A DNA stretch of 64,000 nt from Leptolyngbyaceae cyanobacterium (GTDB taxonomy: Bacteria; Cyanobacteriota; Cyanobacteriia; Phormidesmidales; Phormidesmidaceae): contig CBDHHL010000011.1 in NCBI GenBank assembly GCA_965263355.1, positions 32,383-96,382 on the forward strand, written 5' to 3'. Position numbers and translations under genes: made by a program. Below, in pieces: positions 47,060 through 56,376 of this stretch (position 1 is the stretch's first letter; each line of letters starts with the position of its first letter). Below the pieces are notes generated by a model that saw only the letters and a program-made list of their open reading frames with translations, ran no database searches and was not told the DNA's origin.

Positions 47060-47446
47060 ATGTTGCCTTGGTTGAGTGTTCAAAAAGTTGAATCGCCTTC
47101 TAACTTACTAACGCTAAGAGAAGCGGGGCAGCTTTTTGGTCGTTCGCATTCTGCCTTGGCTCAGGATTGCAAGTATTTGAGGATTGATGTTTCTAGGGTG
47201 AACTGCTCTAGCGGTTGCATTGATCGTCATGATGCTTGGATTTTGTATGCATTCCTGTGTTGGAAGCTTTGGAAGTCAAGTTGTAATCCATGCTGGCGAG
47301 GTGATCGCAAAGACTACGCGATTGATTGCCCTACTGATGAGACAAAGCTGGGATATGTGGATCTAGTCGGTGGGTCACGCGATGATCTTGAAAGTCGCTT
47401 CGAGCAAGCATTAGTTGAAAAAAGAAAACGATTATTGGGAGAATGA
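47060..47446 (+). CDS. Putative HTH DNA-binding protein
   Basis: LLTLREAGQLFGRSHSALAQD. Confidence 0.5.
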   Translation: MLPWLSVQKVESPSNLLTLREAGQLFGRSHSALAQDCKYLRIDVSRVNCSSGCIDRHDAWILYAFLCWKLWKSSCNPCWRGDRKDYAIDCPTDETKLGYVDLVGGSRDDLESRFEQALVEKRKRLLGE

Positions 47447-47814
47447 TGATGAGTGAATTTCAGGCAAAACCTAAGGATGGCGCGCTAGCTACTGCTAACG
47501 CCAGTCAAAGCAATAAAATTGAACGGCGCACTAAAAAGCGTAGTACTGCCAAGTTGGACGGCGCTCAGGCCGCAAAGAATATCAAGACTGAGGTGTCTGC
47601 TCCGGTTACGCCAGAGCAAATTGCTATTTCCAATGCGTCCGCCTGGAAAGCGGCTGCAGCTAATGCCTACTTAAAAGAGATGAATACAGCTGCACAAGAC
47701 GTTGTGCAGTTTATGGAAGATGTGAATGCGCAAGTAGCAAATATGCTTATTGCCTCCGTTCAGGATGCATATGCGCCTATTGCTGAAGATCTATTAGTGA
47801 TTGAGGAAGACTAG
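47443..47814 (+). CDS. Hypothetical helical protein
   Basis: ATGA-coupled ORF. Confidence 0.6.
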   Translation: MMMSEFQAKPKDGALATANASQSNKIERRTKKRSTAKLDGAQAAKNIKTEVSAPVTPEQIAISNASAWKAAAANAYLKEMNTAAQDVVQFMEDVNAQVANMLIASVQDAYAPIAEDLLVIEED

Positions 47815-47818
47815 GAAA

Positions 47819-48106
47819 ATGTCAAATATCGTCAGGGCTGAACAGCAGCCTATTGCGACAATTAAGATTACCAGCCCTGACGGCACTTGCTTTGAGTACG
47901 AAGGGGATGTAACCGAGGCTTCACTTATCCTCAGTCAGGTGCAAAAAAAATCCTTATTGTCCAATAGGTTAAAAGAGTATCAGTCATTGTTTATAGCGGC
48001 TATTTTTGCACTGCTGTCTATGTGGCTTTTACTTTGGACGGTTAGAGCACCAAGGCAACAGCAACCACAGCCTTACTCTCGGTTGGAGGTGGGCCATGTC
48101 AGTTGA
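47819..48106 (+). CDS. Single-TM membrane protein
   Basis: LFIAAIFALLSMWLLLW. Confidence 0.55.
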   Translation: MSNIVRAEQQPIATIKITSPDGTCFEYEGDVTEASLILSQVQKKSLLSNRLKEYQSLFIAAIFALLSMWLLLWTVRAPRQQQPQPYSRLEVGHVS

Positions 48107-48383
48107 TCCGTTTAACTATGGCAATCTCCCAGGTTGGACTGCTACTACTGCTGAAAAAACTATTAATATCACTGCTCAATCCATTGCCAAGCAACCTAAA
48201 TATTTTTCATTAGCTTGCGGGGTGGGGGCTTGTTTCGGAGTATTGTTTTTAGCTCAGTTATTACTAGCGATCGCATCCGGTGACCTAAAGAGCTATCGGG
48301 CTCGCAGCATTGATACAGCGTCAATGGCTAGCGGAGTAGGCGCGATCGTGTTAGGCGTAGTGGTTTGGAGGAAGCAACGGTGA
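48096..48383 (+). CDS. 2-TM membrane protein
   Basis: GGAGGT RBS before MSVDPF; two hydrophobic helices. Confidence 0.55.
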   Translation: MSVDPFNYGNLPGWTATTAEKTINITAQSIAKQPKYFSLACGVGACFGVLFLAQLLLAIASGDLKSYRARSIDTASMASGVGAIVLGVVVWRKQR

Positions 48384-48432
48384 AAAGATTTTTGTTTTTA
48401 GCCTGCATGATGGGTATGTATGCATTTGGAGG

Positions 48433-48807
48433 ATGGTCGGGATGGCAAGCACAGAAATACAAGTCAAATCCCAATCTGCTAATCGTCTTGTTAATGGAAC
48501 AGGAAAACTGGGAATTACCTTGGCAGAGCAACAATTAACCATCCTCAAAGATTCGTACCATCAACGATACGAACAAGGCATAACTAATTTTTGGCAGACT
48601 CAAGTATATATGTCAGAAGAAGGTGGTGAAGAGCTGGCCGCGTTAAAACTTGAAGCTCAAAGGCAGTTCGCAATCAAAGTTTTTAGGACTGTTTTATTGT
48701 TAGGCGTCCCCTGTGGGTTAGTTGGCGCTTGGGGATTTGGGATTGTAGTAGGCGTTATTTTGTTTGTTTGTTCGATTTTTTTAGGAATTTATTTTGGAGC
48801 TAAATGA
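48433..48807 (+). CDS. Membrane protein with C-terminal TM hairpin
   Basis: VLLLGVPCGLVGAWGFGIVVGVILF. Confidence 0.55.
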   Translation: MVGMASTEIQVKSQSANRLVNGTGKLGITLAEQQLTILKDSYHQRYEQGITNFWQTQVYMSEEGGEELAALKLEAQRQFAIKVFRTVLLLGVPCGLVGAWGFGIVVGVILFVCSIFLGIYFGAK

Positions 48808-48963
48808 CCATGCCACCAGAAGTTATTTTTGGATTCTTACTAGCAGGAATTCTGTGGACATTTTTCCCTGATGGACCAGGCGGTCGTAATGGCGGCCAAG
48901 GCAATAAGCCGATGGGAATGGATCGACGAGATCAAATTGAAATGATGCGACGTATGCGAGGCG

Positions 48964-49182
48964 ATGATTAAAATGGATTTTTTGTTATTTGGCTTAATAG
49001 CCATGGCTATCATGGCAATAGAAAACATCGCCACTTCTGGCGTTAGCAGAAAACAAAGTAAGAAAATTGCTTTCTTGCAAGAAGAAATTGACGAACTAAA
49101 CAAACAAGTAAACATTCTGAAAAATCACACCCAACGGCTAGAAACTCTAGAGGAGATTGTTGTTGATCATGAAGCACTTTAA
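48964..49182 (+). CDS. Small TM plus coiled-coil protein (PspB-like shape)
   Basis: TM followed by RLETLEEIVVD. Confidence 0.45.
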   Translation: MIKMDFLLFGLIAMAIMAIENIATSGVSRKQSKKIAFLQEEIDELNKQVNILKNHTQRLETLEEIVVDHEAL

Positions 49183-49549
49183 GGTTCAAGGTTACGACTC
49201 AGATAACAATCGCCACGTGGTAGATGTCATTGCTAACGCGCCATTAAAAACAGATGACATATCCTGGGTGACGAGCATCAAAAATGAATTAACTAGCCAA
49301 CAGAGCGATCTCTGGCTAACTCTGTTTATTAGCTCTAGCAGTCAAAAAACTTTCATTGATAAACAAATCTTTGTCAATGAAATCAAAGCAATGCAACAGT
49401 TAATGGCCGACGAAACAGGGGAGGCTATCAGCCCAGAGCAAGCACGAAGAAAGCTTTACTGGGAAATCATTCAGGCTATTTCTGATCCCATTGATGCCAT
49501 TAAAGATGAAGACATTTCACACTTACCAACGGTAGAACCTTCGCTATGA
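49157..49549 (+). CDS. Hypothetical protein
   Basis: Overlapping ORF. Confidence 0.5.
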   Translation: MLLIMKHFKVQGYDSDNNRHVVDVIANAPLKTDDISWVTSIKNELTSQQSDLWLTLFISSSSQKTFIDKQIFVNEIKAMQQLMADETGEAISPEQARRKLYWEIIQAISDPIDAIKDEDISHLPTVEPSL

Positions 49550-49986
49550 AAATATTTAACTCTAACCGCACTGGCCATGTTACAGCCGCGATCGCTGTCG
49601 GTTGCAGCTTGGCTGGAGGTGCAATCGTTCTAAACTTACCTTGGCAATTTTTCGTTACTGCCGCAACTATCCCACTGTGGGAACTATGGGGAACATGCGA
49701 CAATGACGTGAACTCTAGAAGTCTTAAAAAGGGCCGTTGGTATCGTCGTTTTTGGGTGTGGTGGTGGAAGGACTATGCCCTAACCGTTGCGCATCGTTCA
49801 AGGTTTAGTCATTCAATTATTCCTGGAACAATCATCAGATTGATTGTTAGTGGCTGGGTTTTCTTTCTAATTTGCAAACCTGGCCTGTTAATTGCATTGC
49901 CTGTCTTGGCTGGATGTGTGATAGCGGATTGCGTTCATATGCTTAAAGATGGATACTGGCCTCAAGAAATTTTGTTTGGGAGATGA
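49546..49986 (+). CDS. DUF2227-like putative metal-binding membrane protein
   Basis: H..DND..WWW..Y..HRSRFSHSIIPGTIIRL..HMLKD. Confidence 0.7.
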   Translation: MKIFNSNRTGHVTAAIAVGCSLAGGAIVLNLPWQFFVTAATIPLWELWGTCDNDVNSRSLKKGRWYRRFWVWWWKDYALTVAHRSRFSHSIIPGTIIRLIVSGWVFFLICKPGLLIALPVLAGCVIADCVHMLKDGYWPQEILFGR

Positions 49987-50294
49987 GATAATGACACCTA
50001 TTTTCTTGAATTCGAATTTAATTAAGCTCATGGCTGAATGCCGTGATGCTGCTGAAAGAATCGTCTACAGAATGGACAAAATAGAGATTGCGATTCGCGA
50101 TGACCGAAGAGATGCATTTGTTCATGAAGTGATGTTGGCTTTATTCAACGCGCACATCAACAAATAATTCACAGCAACCGCCCACGATCTCGCCGTCCGA
50201 CCGAATACAAAGCCAGTCGCCACCACTGCCGACGAACCAAAATAAGTCTTTTCTGAATAGCCTGCATTGCCTGATTATCCTGTGGCGATGCAGG

Positions 50295-50561
50295 TTACTT
50301 TTTGCGATTACCTGTGGCATTTGAAAATTTCGCTTTTTTGCCAGTGGAGTGGTTAATCCAAAAATATCGGCTGAACAAATCCCAGCCTCCGATAGCAAAC
50401 CCGTCCTGTAAAATCCCATCATCTGAATAAGCAGGCTTGCCTAGTTCAGCCAAAGCCCATAGGTTGATAGACTTTTGAGCTGGAATACTGATACGCCGAT
50501 CCCGGCTAAGAACTTCGTCGACCTTGCTCAGCGCGATCGTTTTCGCAATTTTTTGAAACAT
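50295..50561 (-). CDS. Hypothetical protein
   Basis: 88-aa ORF. Confidence 0.4.
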   Translation of the reverse strand: MFQKIAKTIALSKVDEVLSRDRRISIPAQKSINLWALAELGKPAYSDDGILQDGFAIGGWDLFSRYFWINHSTGKKAKFSNATGNRKK

Positions 50562-50704
50562 CGGTAGTTATTAATGCACGACTGTTAAAGCATTCACAAT
50601 TTTGACCGCAACATCCGGATTTGTATTTTGCATGACAATTATTACCAGTGCCAAAATTAAAAAACTAGGCTAATATCCAAGCAAAGCCGTAAATTACTAT
50701 TTGG

Positions 50705-51964
50705 ATGCAATCAGTAGTTTTCTGGAATGGTTTTATGAAGGGTGCGAGTGAGATCGTGCCCCATCTCCCACCCGGCAAAGATATTTACGCTTTTGCCGAA
50801 GTCCAAGCAGGCGAAGATATAAGTTGGCTCGAAGAACTCTATAAGCTTTCCGGCAGGCACTATGAAGCATTTACCCAGCCGTGTGGTGGCCAAACACTGT
50901 CGATATATGTTGCCGACACAATTGCCGTTTTAGAGCATCGAGAACTCAATAACGTTAACTGCGACGGTAAAGGCAGAGCCAGTATTGCACTGCACTTAAA
51001 GCCTGAAGTTGGAGACGACTTCTGGATTGTTGTTGTTCACTTGCGTCGTCGCAATCGAATGGCAAGGGCTTGTGAAGCGGTCAGGCTTAGAAACTGGATG
51101 CTGACGAAGCCTAGAGTGATTGCAATTGGCGACTTTAATTTAGATATTGAGAGCAGGGAAGGCGGCAGTCGTGATCCTGCTTTTTACAAGCTTGTTGGAG
51201 GGGATATTGATTGGATCCGTCCCCAAAATAGAGAGCAACCCACGCATTGTTCCCGGCATAGATCATTATTGGATCTAGTTTTTGTGCGTGGGTTGCAGGG
51301 GACTGCACAAACCAGCGATATCCCGTGTAACAAGGCCGAAAATCCATCGGATCATCGATGGATTGAGTTCAAACTAGAAGGTAAGAACATGGGCAAAACT
51401 AAAAATTATGGTGGTGGTTATTCTACTCACCAGCGTATTGGCAACCTTGAAAATATGTTCGGTGAGCTTCGAGATATTCTTGAAGACTTTAAGCAAAAAC
51501 CAAGTGAACAAAAGAGTGAACCAGGGTTCGACTGGAAAGAACTTCCCTTGTTAGCTTGGCTATATGTTCAAGCTGCTTTTGGCGCAGCGATTAAAATTAT
51601 CCAGTCTATCGCCGTTGCAGCGCTTGAACTAGGCCGCACAGTTGCCAGCATTTTAGGTTTCACGGTTTTCTTATTGGCTGGATTGTTCGTTCTAATCACA
51701 GGAAGCAAGTACGTTCAATATGGCCTAGGACGTTTAGGGATTATTAACCATGCAGACTCAGACCAACCAGACCCGCCAAACTATGCAGCCGAAACCGCAG
51801 GAGATGCGACTGCTGCTGTTGTTGAATGGACTACTGGGCTTGGTGTTTATGGCAGTGACCGCGATCGTAGTCGAACAGCTGGGAACGATGAAAACGCAGA
51901 CTCAGGAATGGCTGAGGAACCGCGTAATGTCGAAATCTCAGGACTAAAAGAAGAGCTTTCCTAA
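50705..51964 (+). CDS. Endonuclease/exonuclease/phosphatase (EEP) domain read in frame into a membrane protein
   Basis: FWN, FAEV, VVHL, IAIGDFN, LDLVF, PSDH; second part starts at ATG 51389 and has TM helices. Confidence 0.75.
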   Translation: MQSVVFWNGFMKGASEIVPHLPPGKDIYAFAEVQAGEDISWLEELYKLSGRHYEAFTQPCGGQTLSIYVADTIAVLEHRELNNVNCDGKGRASIALHLKPEVGDDFWIVVVHLRRRNRMARACEAVRLRNWMLTKPRVIAIGDFNLDIESREGGSRDPAFYKLVGGDIDWIRPQNREQPTHCSRHRSLLDLVFVRGLQGTAQTSDIPCNKAENPSDHRWIEFKLEGKNMGKTKNYGGGYSTHQRIGNLENMFGELRDILEDFKQKPSEQKSEPGFDWKELPLLAWLYVQAAFGAAIKIIQSIAVAALELGRTVASILGFTVFLLAGLFVLITGSKYVQYGLGRLGIINHADSDQPDPPNYAAETAGDATAAVVEWTTGLGVYGSDRDRSRTAGNDENADSGMAEEPRNVEISGLKEELS

Positions 51965-52025
51965 GGTTTGCCAGGGAGTCTAGATCATGGCTTGCTATTC
52001 TTATGAGTAGCAAGCTTTTTTTGCC

Positions 52026-52316
52026 ATGAAATACCGAATAATACAAAAAGGAAATAGAGAATACAGAATTCAAATAAGATCTACCTGGATAGTTTTCATT
52101 AAACTTTTCTTTACAATTTTTACTGGTGGGTTTGCTTGGATTGCTTGGTGCTTAGCAAGCGATACAGGGTTTTTAGAGTTTTGGGAACCCTACGAAGACT
52201 TAGAAACCGCTGAAGATTACGAGCAAGCATATGAGAGGTTGCTCTATATTCGTGAGTTTCAAAACAACGAGATGCGGGTTAGACAAGCAAGGTATTTTGA
52301 TTCCAATGAGCCATAA
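52026..52316 (+). CDS. Small membrane protein
   Basis: KYRI..TM..W phage-type small protein. Confidence 0.55.
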   Translation: MKYRIIQKGNREYRIQIRSTWIVFIKLFFTIFTGGFAWIAWCLASDTGFLEFWEPYEDLETAEDYEQAYERLLYIREFQNNEMRVRQARYFDSNEP

Positions 52317-52361
52317 TTGTATTGGTTCGCTACTCCTGAATGTTGTCTCTCTTTTAAGAGC

Positions 52362-52856
52362 ATGAAGAAATTTCTTTCACTTATTCCATTGGCCTGCTTA
52401 GGCATTGCGTATGCCGCATCAAATGCCAGAGCTGCAGTAATAACACAAGCGACGGCTACCTTCGATTGCTATTACGTTGGATTTGACACTGTTGGGTCTT
52501 TGGAGATCAGAACCGACTATCCACTGGGCCACATTGCCCGTGCAGAAGCAATTGTAAATTTCAAATTCTTTGATGATCCCCCCGTGAATATTTCAATCGG
52601 AGACGAAAGCTCGACTGTCTTTTTCCGTCGAAACTATGTCAGTTTAGATATCCCCCTCGAAGGTGACGAACCGCTAGATAGAGCACAGGAAGCAGAGCTT
52701 GTTTATTCTCGTATATCTGGCATTGGCCGTGATGATCTTGGATTCCCAACAGTCTATCAAGATATCCCCCTAACTCCATTTGGCTATGTCGGTGGTGTTG
52801 TCGAAAAATGCCATGAATTAGGCCAATTGCCCAAAGCAAAAAATAAGTGTTCGTAG
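52362..52856 (+). CDS. Secreted protein
   Basis: Signal peptide MKKFLSLIPLACLGIAYAASNARA. Confidence 0.6.
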   Translation: MKKFLSLIPLACLGIAYAASNARAAVITQATATFDCYYVGFDTVGSLEIRTDYPLGHIARAEAIVNFKFFDDPPVNISIGDESSTVFFRRNYVSLDIPLEGDEPLDRAQEAELVYSRISGIGRDDLGFPTVYQDIPLTPFGYVGGVVEKCHELGQLPKAKNKCS

Positions 52857-52865
52857 GTGGGAATC

Positions 52866-54056
52866 ATGAAAAAGAGATATTTTTTAAGCGCGATCGCTTT
52901 ACTAAGCTTAAGTGCTCCGGTTGCAGTGAGTCAGGTTTGCGATTCATTTACATTGACTGGGCCAAACTCAGGGGTTCAAGTGTTGGGTGACCTATGCCCT
53001 GATGGGTCCATCCAAAATGGACAAGTATTGAAGCCAGACGGCTCTAACATGGCAGCTGGTGAGACCATTACTTACACCGGCCCTGGTGGAGTGGCTAGTA
53101 CATCAACTCATGATACGACGCCCAGCCTGCCAAGGCATTGGGAAGAGCTTGCAGGCTTCCCGCCCCCGTCAGTATCTGAGCTTTCGTTTGGAACGCCAAC
53201 TCATGATCAGATTATTGGCCATGGGGATCTGAATGAATCCGTTTTCGGTGAGACCATCTTTTTTAGAAAAAACGATGGTCTTTTCGCTCAAATCCTTGAA
53301 GATGTACTTCTGCCACAGCCCACTGGGGGTCTTACTGACGGCGTTTACGTTGTCAACGATATCGGCCATGGCAGTATCGCGGCTTTTTTCAATGGCGCGC
53401 TATCCTCAGATACCCAGATTAAGGGTTTTGGAGGTGAGTTCAGTGACCTGATCTCAACCTGGACCCCTAGTTCTGGTAGCCTGACGTATCACGAATTAGG
53501 AGTTACCAGCAATAAGTGGATTGCAAATTCAGATACTACGCAATCACTAGGAACTGTCCTTCGAAAGAATGGCAGAGAAGTAAACTCAATTGACCTTGAT
53601 GCAATCGGATTTGTCGGCTCAGACTTTTATCTTTTTTCTGAGTCTGATAAATACTTGGTTGTAGTTGATGACAACTACAATGTTGAGCGCATCTCGACGA
53701 TTCCAGGCAAGTACTTTAATGGCCCTGGTACATTCACGGCCATCATTCAAGGTGACTTTGATTCTGACGGTCAAGCAAACGATTTTGCATCTGTGTTCAG
53801 AATCACCACTAGTGGCAACTCAAAGTACAGGTTTGAGATGTTCGAATATGATTTATCCTCTAATTCGTATTCGAATATTGCAGACATCACAACTGACCTA
53901 CTGTCAGGTGCCCCCCATCCTGAAGATTCACTGTCGGGCTATGGCAATAGCATTGCTTTGTCCCGTCGCCGCAATGACGGTAACCAGCGGATGTACTACT
54001 GGAAAGTGGATGCCGTTGGTGGTAGCGTCTACTCAAGAAACTATCCAACGAACTAA
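52866..54056 (+). CDS. Secreted beta-rich protein
   Basis: Signal peptide MKKRYFLSAIALLSLSAPVAVS; GDFDSDGQANDF FG-GAP-like loop. Confidence 0.65.
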   Translation: MKKRYFLSAIALLSLSAPVAVSQVCDSFTLTGPNSGVQVLGDLCPDGSIQNGQVLKPDGSNMAAGETITYTGPGGVASTSTHDTTPSLPRHWEELAGFPPPSVSELSFGTPTHDQIIGHGDLNESVFGETIFFRKNDGLFAQILEDVLLPQPTGGLTDGVYVVNDIGHGSIAAFFNGALSSDTQIKGFGGEFSDLISTWTPSSGSLTYHELGVTSNKWIANSDTTQSLGTVLRKNGREVNSIDLDAIGFVGSDFYLFSESDKYLVVVDDNYNVERISTIPGKYFNGPGTFTAIIQGDFDSDGQANDFASVFRITTSGNSKYRFEMFEYDLSSNSYSNIADITTDLLSGAPHPEDSLSGYGNSIALSRRRNDGNQRMYYWKVDAVGGSVYSRNYPTN

Positions 54057-54059
54057 ATA

Positions 54060-55253
54060 ATGATTTTCAAAGCCTACATCGGGCTTTTTGCTTTGTTGTC
54101 TACACTCTGCAATCCGTGGGGCACAGACGACGAAGCAATTTTTTTATGGCCCAAACTTGTAATTCTGTTCTTGATTGCTGCATTAAATCAGTATTCAATC
54201 ACTAAAGCTAACTCTCGAATTATCTGGCACTGGCTAATCGGCTGGTTCCCCTGGTTGGCATGTGCATCAATTTCAACTTGGTTCGCGATCTTGCCTCATT
54301 ACAGTGTCCTTGGTTACTACGGAAAAGCTTGCGGGCTTCTTTGGTGGATAACCGTGGCTGTGTTTTTTTTGTTTAACAGACTAATCCTTAAAGAACGACC
54401 CGAACTATTCCAAGCTCAGTTGACAGGTTTCCATATTGGAGGGGTAATTAATGCAGCCGCTGGCCTCACTCAATGGGTACTTCACTTTTTTGGCATCGGG
54501 TTTGAGCAGTATCCCATGCATGGGCTGTTCGGAAACTTTGGCGCGTATGCCGGGTTTATGCTGATGTGTTGCGCCGTTGCTGCTCAGTACAAAGCCAATA
54601 AATGGCTATTGGTCCTTTATACGGTTGCCACGCTGAATACTGGTGTGAGAATAGCCATGCTGGGGTCCGTTATCTGCAACTTGATAGCTATTGGCTGGAA
54701 GCGAAGTATTCCTGTTGTACTCTCGGCACTAATCTTTATTGGAGTTGTTACAAACAATAAGCAAGTTGGGGAGACAGCATCACCCCATACTCCAGTGATG
54801 GCTCAGATCAGACGGATCAGTTCAAATCGAACCTACTATTGGGCTAGGGCATTCAGATATGCTCAGCGATCGCCTTTGATTGGCTACGGGTTCAATGGCT
54901 TGAATCTTCAAAAAGCGTTTCGTCAATGCCGCAAAGTGGGAATACTTCAATATTCGCGGTGGTCATATCAATGCTCGGATGGCACTCTTCCTGATGAAGA
55001 TACTAAGCATTCGTATAATATTTGGCTCGACAGGCTAATAGAAACAGGCTTCCTAGGCTTGCTAGCTTATGGCTGGCTATGGGCTTGGTTACTCTGGACT
55101 ATTCGCGGTAAGGTGCTTTTGGTGTCAGGAATATTTTTGCTGTGGTCTATTTTTTGGTACGACGCAGCCGCATTCAGTTGGATAATATTTTGGATTTTTT
55201 CTAATGGCGAATCTTTCAGACATTCCAAGCGAACGGCACGAATTAGCTCGTAA
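54060..55253 (+). CDS. O-antigen ligase / O-oligosaccharyltransferase-like membrane protein
   Basis: Multi-TM; GLFGN, TGVR, R..YW..SPLIGYG, HSYNIWLDRLIETGFLGL. Confidence 0.8.
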   Translation: MIFKAYIGLFALLSTLCNPWGTDDEAIFLWPKLVILFLIAALNQYSITKANSRIIWHWLIGWFPWLACASISTWFAILPHYSVLGYYGKACGLLWWITVAVFFLFNRLILKERPELFQAQLTGFHIGGVINAAAGLTQWVLHFFGIGFEQYPMHGLFGNFGAYAGFMLMCCAVAAQYKANKWLLVLYTVATLNTGVRIAMLGSVICNLIAIGWKRSIPVVLSALIFIGVVTNNKQVGETASPHTPVMAQIRRISSNRTYYWARAFRYAQRSPLIGYGFNGLNLQKAFRQCRKVGILQYSRWSYQCSDGTLPDEDTKHSYNIWLDRLIETGFLGLLAYGWLWAWLLWTIRGKVLLVSGIFLLWSIFWYDAAAFSWIIFWIFSNGESFRHSKRTARISS

Positions 55254-55428
55254 GCTGGGCTATCAGTTCGATCCTAAAACAGGAGAATATCTTGGCAGGC
55301 GTCGTAATGGCGTGTTTCAGCCCCCTAGTGAAATCCCATTGCCAGAGTTCCCTGAGGCAGCGCTGAAAAGCGGAAAGCCAACGGGAAGGCATCTTAAGGT
55401 TTTAACTTGATTGACAATACAAACCATG

Positions 55429-55459
55429 AAACCGCTGCTTTTACGAGTAGCGGTTTTTT
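55429..55459 (+). terminator. Intrinsic terminator
   Basis: AAACCGCTGCT/AGTAGCGGTTT hairpin plus T-tract. Confidence 0.7.
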
Positions 55460-55533
55460 GTTGGAAGAGGGGTCTTCCAACCGCAAGTTAAACTGTGCTA
55501 GGGTGAGGTCTAACCTCTAGAAGATAAAGACCA

Positions 55534-55737
55534 ATGTCAAGAAAAAAATTAGATGTCGGGCAGTGGGGGTGTTCACTGCCAATTAAGGCTAGAGAAGACT
55601 TGAAAGAAGTACTTAGAAACCTTGGCTGCCTCTACAATGGGCAGCCAAGTCTAGGAGTTTTCTTGACAAGAATCTGGAAGGGTGAATTAGTCATCTCAAA
55701 AAAAGTTAAGATTCCTATTGACGACAATAACCTCTAG
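55534..55737 (+). CDS. Small putative DNA-binding regulator (Aca-like position)
   Basis: SLPIKAREDLKEVLRNLG..PSLGVFLTRI; its 3' end overlaps the downstream promoter/operator. Confidence 0.55.
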   Translation: MSRKKLDVGQWGCSLPIKAREDLKEVLRNLGCLYNGQPSLGVFLTRIWKGELVISKKVKIPIDDNNL

Positions 55738-55745
55738 AGGTTATT
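55718..55745 (+). promoter_or_regulatory. Promoter with perfect 20-bp palindromic operator
   Basis: TTGACG at 55718; AATAACCTCTAGAGGTTATT at 55726-55745; partial copy TAACCTCTAGA at 55511-55521. Confidence 0.7.
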
Positions 55746-55778
55746 ACTAAAGTAGTTAAGGCAAGGCAAGGAGCCGAA

Positions 55779-56108
55779 ATGAAGTTAGCTTTTTTAACAA
55801 CCACCGTCGCTACCGCAAACGACGGCGTATTTGAATTACGTACAGTCTCTTTGGAAGAGGCTAAAGCATTGGCGAAAAGCGCAAAGCAAACGCAAAGTTA
55901 CATCCGCCATTCAGCCACGGCTAAGGCCATGTCCACCGTTCTAGGGGTTGACGTTCCCCTGGGAGAGACACAGCTCAAGCAGGAGGTTGGACAGCAAGCT
56001 CTCGTCTTCAAACTGCGGGCGAGGCTCAAGGAAGGGCAGGTCTTAACTACCGAGAAAGAGTTAGATGAGGTCGGGTACGACTTCGTTTTGATGACTCGCA
56101 CTGCGTGA
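55779..56108 (+). CDS. DUF1874 (STIV B116/YddF) family protein, AcrIII-1 ring nuclease-like
   Basis: L..T.V...DGVF....VSLEEAK..SYIRHSATA..MSTVLG..GQQALVFKL..RLKEGQVL..ELDEVGYDF. Confidence 0.85.
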   Translation: MKLAFLTTTVATANDGVFELRTVSLEEAKALAKSAKQTQSYIRHSATAKAMSTVLGVDVPLGETQLKQEVGQQALVFKLRARLKEGQVLTTEKELDEVGYDFVLMTRTA

Positions 56109-56376
56109 TCCGAAACCTAGGGGGTCTTCATAGGGAGCCGAAAATGGAAGTTTTAAGAGATTGCATTCTAGAATTTAAGGATTTCGGGAACCGAAACTTC
56201 AGGGAAAATTTCTTTGGGCAGTTAAGCCCAAAGATCAACATAAACTACCAAGGGCAACCTTGGTCAAAAGGTATTCCGTACGTATTGCCTGTGAGCGGTA
56301 CGGAATGCGTCACGATCGCATACATCAAGAAAGATAGATGCGATTTAGAATAGCCACTAGTAACAAGGAGAAATAA

